Assembly (NCBI GenBank): GCA_050124795.1
Contig: JASFEO010000023.1
Span: 1 to 13,195 of the forward strand
DNA from: Candidatus Pacearchaeota archaeon
Lineage (GTDB): Archaea > Nanobdellota > Nanobdellia > Pacearchaeales > GW2011-AR1
Reading direction: 5' to 3'
DNA: 13,195 nucleotides
Shown in pieces: positions 7,911-13,195 of this stretch. A program made the translations under genes and the position numbers. The number at the start of each line of letters is the position of its first letter. Within the stretch, counting starts at the first letter, position 1. The notes below the pieces were generated by a model. That model saw only the letters and a program-made list of their open reading frames with translations. It did no database searches and was not told the origin of the DNA.

Positions 7911-7981
7911 GAAAGTTATTTTAATTAATCTCAAAAAAAGTAATAGAAACACTTATATAATAAGAGGATGTTTGAGGGATT

Positions 7982-8201
7982 ATGAGAAATAGAAATTTAA
8001 AACCAGGATTACTTGAATGGAGTGCAGAAAGTTATGAAAAAAGAATAACTCAGGGGAGGAATTTAACTGAAGATAAAAAAAAATATTGTGGGAGGTTATG
8101 CTGATAAACTAGAAACCAGAGAGATTATCTTGTTGGGTATTGCTGCGAACCTTTCAATTATACATGCCTCTCCCAAAATTGTGGAATATTTTTTTAGTTA
8201 A
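7982..8201 (+). pseudogene. Small gene split by a frameshift at an A9 run
   Basis: TATA ttatataa (7953-7960) and ATG 7982, with a stop at 8102-8104. Removing one A from 8075-8083 gives ~72 aa ending ...IILLGIAANLSIIHASPKIVEYFFS*. Confidence 0.5.
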
Positions 8202-8234
8202 ATCAATCTTTACCTTTAATATTAAAAAAATTTT

Positions 8235-8585
8235 CTAAAAATACTTATCAGTCATTTCTTCATTAACTTCTAAGTTTTCACCTTTGCTGTCTTTAAAACA
8301 TTCATAAATTCCATATTGCAAATTAGAAACATCTCGTCCCATTTGCGAAACTAAATTCGCAATCATTCTGCTTCGCGAACCACTTCGGCAAATAAAAATA
8401 ACTTGTTTTTCCCAGTCAATTTCATTAAGGTGATTTTGCAATTCATTCATTGGGATTAATTTTGAATTTTTTATTCGGATAATTTCATGCTCACTGGGTT
8501 CGCGCACATCAATAATCTCAATTTTATCTCTATGATTTTTAATTAAATTTCTTAATTCATTTGCATTAATATTTTTAACTGCCAT
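8235..8585 (-). CDS. Rhodanese-like domain protein (sulfurtransferase)
   Basis: IIDVREPSEH motif and catalytic loop CRSGSRS. Confidence 0.9.
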   Translation of the reverse strand: MAVKNINANELRNLIKNHRDKIEIIDVREPSEHEIIRIKNSKLIPMNELQNHLNEIDWEKQVIFICRSGSRSRMIANLVSQMGRDVSNLQYGIYECFKDSKGENLEVNEEMTDKYF

Positions 8586-8596
8586 ATCAAAATTTC

Positions 8597-8735
8597 TCCC
8601 GACCTCGCACGAAGTTTTTGTTCATCCTATTCTTCTACCACGAAGTCGCTCAACCTAAGCGGTTCTTTGGAATCTCCCTTCCTGTTCATGCGAAGCGATT
8701 TTTTTAAATGCCCTCGCCGAAAATCGCAAAGAAAT
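8597..8735. repeat. GC-richer intergenic element with cGAAg mini-hairpin motifs, related to 10900-11372 and 12809-13195
   Basis: acgaagt (8609, 8640) and gcgaagc (8690). taagcggttc (8656-8665) is the reverse complement of 13135-13144. Confidence 0.35.
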
Positions 8736-8851
8736 CAAAGATTCCAACTTTAATTGAAATATTAAAAGATTTTTTATTTTTAAAAGTTGCCTAGAAAACC
8801 TATTTTTCTAACACAATAATCCTTAAAAACAGTTTTCTCCCTTTAATACTA

Positions 8852-9280
8852 ATGAAAAAAAGCTTATCAAAACTTTTTAAAAATCTTGGTCTTGTTACAA
8901 TTCCTGTTCTTTCGATTTTAACAACAAACTGCGCCAGCAAAATTGACCCTGATGTTTACCGGGTTTCTAAAGAGATTATTAACACTGGAATAAGGTATTC
9001 TACAGACGAGATAACTTTAGCAAAATACTATTTTAAAAAAGTTAAAGACAGAAGAATTTATTTCTCCTTTGTTGATAACGTTCCGTACGGGCCAGGCAAT
9101 AATGATGAATTAAGAATGGAACAGGAATTCCAGGACTATGATTTCTTTCCTGGATTTATTAGAAGAACAATTGTTACTGACAGAGGTCTTGATGGAAAAG
9201 TAGATTCTTGCTCAGGTGATTGTGAAATTCGAGAAAGTTACTTTTTTGTTATGATTAACGGAATTCTTAATGATAAATAA
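8852..9280 (+). CDS. Hypothetical secreted protein/putative lipoprotein
   Basis: Basic N-terminus, hydrophobic stretch and a Cys (LTTNC). A DRGLDGKVD motif is also present. Confidence 0.75.
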   Translation: MKKSLSKLFKNLGLVTIPVLSILTTNCASKIDPDVYRVSKEIINTGIRYSTDEITLAKYYFKKVKDRRIYFSFVDNVPYGPGNNDELRMEQEFQDYDFFPGFIRRTIVTDRGLDGKVDSCSGDCEIRESYFFVMINGILNDK

Positions 9281-9316
9281 TTAAAAAATTAAAAGCAGAA
9301 TTTGAAAAATAAAAAT

Positions 9317-10066
9317 TTACTTAAGTTCAAATACTGCCTGCACACTTGCTGAAACTTCTTGTTCACCTGGTTGGATATTTGTTGCTTCTTGTTTTACACT
9401 TGCAGCGTCTAATGATGCAACTCCGCCTGATTCATAAATTCTCCAAGGGTAATAATTAAAGTCATTGCCTTGAGTTGAAACAAGTTTTCCTAAGTTCTTG
9501 CCAAGTCCATTTGCAACTGCCTGTGCTTTTGTTTTTGCATCTTTCGCAGCTAATTCCAATGCTTCTGCTTTGTATTGATTTTCCAGGTCCTGACTTAATT
9601 CAAAACTTATGTATGAAACTCCTGCACCTGCATTAACCCCTGCATCAACCACATTGCCAATTTTATCAATGTCATCAGTTGAAAGTTCAACACGAATTGA
9701 GTGGGTTGCAACATAACCATTTTCTTTTCTTCCTTCATCATCCCAAATATAATCAGGATAAACATTGAAATTTGTTGTCTCAATTTGCTTTCTCTCAAAA
9801 CCCTGCTTCACAAGTTTAGTGATTAAGTCGTCGACAATCTCTGAATTATTATTTGTTGCTTCTTTTGAAGTTTCCCCGCGAGTCTGTACATTAAAATAAA
9901 CTCTTACTAAATCAGGCATTACTTTTATTGTTGCCTGGCCGTTTCCTGTGACTGTATTTGCTGAGGTCGTTGGCAAACTTGAATAAATCATATATCCTAA
10001 AACCAAAACTCCTAAAACAATTATCAGTGTGATTTTTACTGAATTGTCTATTTTTTGCTTTTTCAT
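9317..10066 (-). CDS. SIMPL (DUF541) domain protein, membrane-anchored
   Basis: Motifs VTGNGQATIKVMPD, IETTNFNVYPDY, ALELAAKDAKTKAQAVA and IQPGEQEVSASVQAVFEL. Confidence 0.9.
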   Translation of the reverse strand: MKKQKIDNSVKITLIIVLGVLVLGYMIYSSLPTTSANTVTGNGQATIKVMPDLVRVYFNVQTRGETSKEATNNNSEIVDDLITKLVKQGFERKQIETTNFNVYPDYIWDDEGRKENGYVATHSIRVELSTDDIDKIGNVVDAGVNAGAGVSYISFELSQDLENQYKAEALELAAKDAKTKAQAVANGLGKNLGKLVSTQGNDFNYYPWRIYESGGVASLDAASVKQEATNIQPGEQEVSASVQAVFELK

Positions 10067-10665
10067 TTTTTACCTCCTTTCAATTTTATAATTGATAAAA
10101 TTAATAATGCAAAAATTGCGCCAGCTAAAAACCAAATCCAAAAAACAGGAATTTGAAAATTAATTAAATTGCCCGCCCCCTCAGAAGCTCTTGCTGCCAT
10201 CTCCCCCGCGGTTTGCAAACTTTTTTCTGTAACACTATACATTGCATCTTGCGAGACCAATAAATTTTTTTGTTTTATTAAAAAATACTGCCTGACTCCA
10301 AGTGAAGCAATTACAGAAATAACCCCAACACCTAAAAAAGATTTAATTTTAGAATTTAGTTTTTTTGTCTTCGGTGAAATAACAATTGATTTATTTGAAA
10401 TGCGATATAAGTCAATCTTTTTTCCTTTTTTGCTCCAAAAAAAATTCTTAGTTTTTTCAATTAATCCTGATACTAACAATTTCTTTAAATTATATTCAAT
10501 AGTGTTAATTGGTAATTTCAATTTATCAGAAATATCTTTTTCACTAAGTTCTTTAACTTCGCTTAAAACTTTAAGTATTTTTTTGCAGGTTTTATTTGAA
10601 AGAACATTTGCAATGTTTTTGCTCTTCTCATCATTTAGGTCAATCATAATAAATTTATTTGCCAT
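10063..10665 (-). CDS. ArsR-like winged-HTH regulator with two C-terminal TM helices
   Basis: IANVLSNKTCKKIL...SEKDISDKLKLPINTIEYNLKKLLVSGLI, followed by hydrophobic segments. It overlaps the SIMPL start (ATGA), and a TATA tttataaa lies at 10687-10694. Confidence 0.85.
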   Translation of the reverse strand: MANKFIMIDLNDEKSKNIANVLSNKTCKKILKVLSEVKELSEKDISDKLKLPINTIEYNLKKLLVSGLIEKTKNFFWSKKGKKIDLYRISNKSIVISPKTKKLNSKIKSFLGVGVISVIASLGVRQYFLIKQKNLLVSQDAMYSVTEKSLQTAGEMAARASEGAGNLINFQIPVFWIWFLAGAIFALLILSIIKLKGGKK

Positions 10666-10717
10666 AAAAACTATAAGAAAAACTTATTTATAAATTTGGT
10701 GAAGACTTCGAAAGTTT

Positions 10718-10891
10718 TTGAAGTTAATAAAAAAATTACCTTATGGTTCTTTAGTGGCAATAGGAATTATTGGAAATCTGACAATAATAGGGATATTTAG
10801 TGAAGAACCTATCTCAATTGTTGTAGAAAGTGAAGAAGTTGCTAAACACTTCAAAGAACAATTTGAAATCCTATGGAAAACTGCAAAATAA
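10718..10891 (+). pseudogene. C-terminal fragment of a TrmB-like transcription regulator
   Basis: KKLPYGSLVAIGIIGNLTIIGIFSEEPISIVVESEEVAKHFKEQFEILWKTAK* resembles the TrmB-type C-terminus. No ATG or HTH domain lies upstream in frame. Confidence 0.55.
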
Positions 10892-10899
10892 TAGTTTTT

Positions 10900-11372
10900 A
10901 GAGTCTGCCGTCGGGGGGAAAGATTATTTCTAAATAAAATTTCAAAATCTCTGATTTTGACTATCTGTCCTGAAAGGACTAATCGCGTGCCCGTCTTTAA
11001 AACTCAAACTCAATTGAAACTAACATCGGGGATAAGGAAAGTTCTTCTGACCTCGAGACTGGAGCGGAACCTCACAGGCTCGAGCTGGAAGAAGAATTTG
11101 GGAAAAATCTTGCAAGGGATTTTCCTCATAATCCTTGTTATATGAGGGTGAGCGAAGCGAAAACATTTTTCTGTTTAATCTGCTGTTCCCAGACCCGAAG
11201 GGCACGAGCTGAAACAAAAAGTTTCCTCGTGAGTTTAAAATTTCATTTTAGGGTGGGGGAGGCGGATGGTTCCGACGACCAAATAATGAGGGAGAAAAGC
11301 CTGCCTTTTTGTTTCTTTTTTTCTAAAAAAGAAAATGAGGGGTTCTTATTTTGCTTCTTTTTCTAAAAGAAG
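10900..11372. repeat. Hairpin-rich non-coding element A
   Basis: About 10 stem-loops (e.g. 10942-10960, 10967-10979, 11042-11096, 11101-11125, 11124-11147, 11194-11202, 11203-11231, 11354-11372). It shares exact blocks with element B. Confidence 0.65.
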
Positions 11373-11386
11373 GTATTCCGATAAAA

Positions 11387-12244
11387 TTAATTATTCAATA
11401 AACTTCTATGTGCCTTATTCTCAATATTCTCTTTTTTAGTATATTCCATTAAATTGCTTAAAAATTCTAGATTTGAGTCATAAATATTAATAGCCCAAGG
11501 ATGCATAACAAAACCCAAATAAATTTCCTGTCCATGTTTTTGTTCAATTTCTTTTGCTTGTCTAAATAACTTTTTGTAAAAAGAGCTTATTTCTCCTTTG
11601 TTTTTTGGAACATCTCTTAACGGAGTATTTGTCAATCCTGTAAAAGCACTGTCTTGCCATCCATGAGAAGGAACTTCTAAAAGTCCTGAATTATATTTTG
11701 AGGGTTGCCTTAAATTTCCTTCTTCAATAATTCGAGGGTTTAGTCCATCTTCAGAATCTCTTCCACAAGAACTAATATACTCTAAACCAGTTTCTTTTAA
11801 ACTATCTGCAACTTGTTCAGGAATTTTTCTTGAATATCCGTAAGGGGTTCTAATCCCAACAGGATTTTTTCCAAATACTTTTTTCATTAATCCATTTGCT
11901 TTCTTAACATCATCAATAAAAGTTTTTTCATCAACACACTCTTTATTTGGCACAGAAGAAATCGGATTAAATGTAAGATGATTATATGTGTGTTGAGCTA
12001 ATTCTACCAAGGGATTTTCATTTGGAAAAAGTTTTTTAAAATCTTTGTTTGAAAAATAACCTTCAAAATCTTTTAGGGTTTTTCCTAAAATAAATAAAGT
12101 TCTTTCTGCCCTATATTTATCCATCAAAATATCTATTCCAGAGAGTATTCTTTTATTAGATTCTGCGTCTTTTACAAACTTATCAGTAGAAGAATCTTTA
12201 GAATAAATACTTTCAACATCAAAACCGAATAATGCTTTTACCAT
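11387..12244 (-). CDS. Polysaccharide deacetylase (CE4/NodB family)
   Basis: Motifs FGFDVE, QHTYNH, GIRTPYG and MHPW. A TATA tttataaa lies at 12266-12273. Confidence 0.85.
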   Translation of the reverse strand: MVKALFGFDVESIYSKDSSTDKFVKDAESNKRILSGIDILMDKYRAERTLFILGKTLKDFEGYFSNKDFKKLFPNENPLVELAQHTYNHLTFNPISSVPNKECVDEKTFIDDVKKANGLMKKVFGKNPVGIRTPYGYSRKIPEQVADSLKETGLEYISSCGRDSEDGLNPRIIEEGNLRQPSKYNSGLLEVPSHGWQDSAFTGLTNTPLRDVPKNKGEISSFYKKLFRQAKEIEQKHGQEIYLGFVMHPWAINIYDSNLEFLSNLMEYTKKENIENKAHRSLLNN

Positions 12245-12299
12245 AAAAATGAGAGGAAACCGGAGTTTATAAAATTTACTAATTGTTACTACTAAGAAG

Positions 12300-12779
12300 T
12301 TATTCTTTATACTTTAGAACTTTTGCAGGATTTCCTACAACTATTGCATTATCTGGGACATCTTTTGTTACAACTGCTCCAGCACCAACCACTGAATTTT
12401 CTCCAATTGTTACTCCCGGCAATATTGTAACATTTGAACCAATTGAAGCTCCCTTTTTTATTAAAGTAGGTTTCCATAAATCAGTATTGCCTGTCCTCGT
12501 GTAAGAAGGAGGCATTGGGTCATTTGTAGTTTTAACACCAGAAGCAATAAAGACATTGTCTTCAATTGTCACCATCCAACACAAAAGATTAAATGAATTT
12601 ATTTGGACATTATCGCCAATTTTTATATCTGCTATTTCATTATAGTTTTTTATTTTACAATTTTTTCCAATTTTAGTTCCTTCAATTATGCAAAACTCTC
12701 CGATTTTTGTTCCTTCTCCTATTTTAGCTTTCTCATCAATTATTGAAGTTTTTCCTATTTTGATTTTTGTCTCTTTCAT
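12300..12779 (-). CDS. Hexapeptide-repeat (LbH) sugar N-acetyltransferase, WbpD/WxcM-like
   Basis: Hexapeptide repeats, TTND..P and C-terminal [22 protein letters not shown]. Confidence 0.88.
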   Translation of the reverse strand: MKETKIKIGKTSIIDEKAKIGEGTKIGEFCIIEGTKIGKNCKIKNYNEIADIKIGDNVQINSFNLLCWMVTIEDNVFIASGVKTTNDPMPPSYTRTGNTDLWKPTLIKKGASIGSNVTILPGVTIGENSVVGAGAVVTKDVPDNAIVVGNPAKVLKYKE

Positions 12780-12808
12780 AACTTAAAGAAAAGAACACAA
12801 TTTATAAC

Positions 12809-13195
12809 CTTTGCGTTAGCAAAGACAAATTGTCCGAAGGACTAAGAACCCCTCAAAGTAAATGAAAAATTTGGGTGTAACGAAGTGAAACCTTTTACCC
12901 TTTGTTATGCGAAATTTTAATTTCGTTGGTTTTCTCTTCGGTCGGGTAAAAGAAGTTTTTCTCTGAAAACTTGTTTTCAGCTATCTGTCCGAAGGACGCA
13001 GGCTTTTCTCTCGTATCTTGGGTGGGCAAAAATGAAATTTTAAATTTGGTCGATTTATCGACGCTGGGAACATTAGGTTAAGCGAAGTTTTCCGACGGAG
13101 GAGGAAAATTTGGGAGAGCCCCGAGCCGAGGGGCGAACCGCTTAACTTATGTTTCACGACCCGACGACGAAGGAGGAGAGCGCAGCGTGGCACGA
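12809..13195. repeat. Hairpin-rich non-coding element B (inverted relative of element A; may continue past the window)
   Basis: Four exact reverse-complement blocks shared with element A, plus many hairpins (12809-12824, 12832-12842, 12963-12980, 12987-12997, 13049-13062, 13077-13146). Confidence 0.65.

Noticed and set aside
5237..10693. Shadow ORFs 5237-5437, 6181-6408, 7412-7852, 7443-7787, 7666-7911, 9607-9798 and 10169-10693
   Set aside because: Each overlaps a better-supported gene in another frame or strand and has no recognisable motifs.
11030..11130. RNase P RNA resemblance on the minus strand (gaggaaaatcc ... cagaagaactttccttat)
   Set aside because: The P4 pseudoknot pairing and other conserved regions cannot be built.
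11188..11210. SRP RNA helix-8 resemblance (cccagacccgaagggcacgag)
   Set aside because: Lacks the GGAA tetraloop and AGCA internal-loop motif, and no Alu domain is evident.
10873..13193. ORFs 10873-11145, 11020-11217, 11142-11366, 12283-12504 and 12981-13193
   Set aside because: They fall in hairpin-rich repeat elements or antisense to the acetyltransferase, and their composition is atypical.
10900..13195. CRISPR array or integron attC array
   Set aside because: No regularly spaced identical repeats, and no cas or integrase gene in the window.

Overview
AT-rich archaeal DNA, most consistent with a DPANN genome (Pacearchaeota/Woesearchaeota-like). This assignment is inferred from the archaeal-type, divergent, stand-alone 23S gene, the BRE/TATA promoters and the gene content. 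The left third is a 23S rRNA gene (~372-4958) with two interruptions. The first is a ~1.17 kb insertion in helix 45 holding a RelBE-type toxin-antitoxin pair and an orphan gene. It appears to be built from two tandem cassettes, each of the form arm-hairpin-promoter-ORF-arm. The second is a 619-nt group I intron at position L1923 that carries a small promoter-bearing ORF with no homing endonuclease motif. The peptidyl-transferase centre has several unusual substitutions. The rest of the window encodes a matrixin-like Zn metalloprotease, a Zn-ribbon protein, small membrane proteins (some decayed), an RRM protein, a rhodanese, a putative lipoprotein, an HTH-TM regulator with a SIMPL gene, a polysaccharide deacetylase and a hexapeptide acetyltransferase. 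The last two genes are flanked by related, inverted, hairpin-rich non-coding elements.
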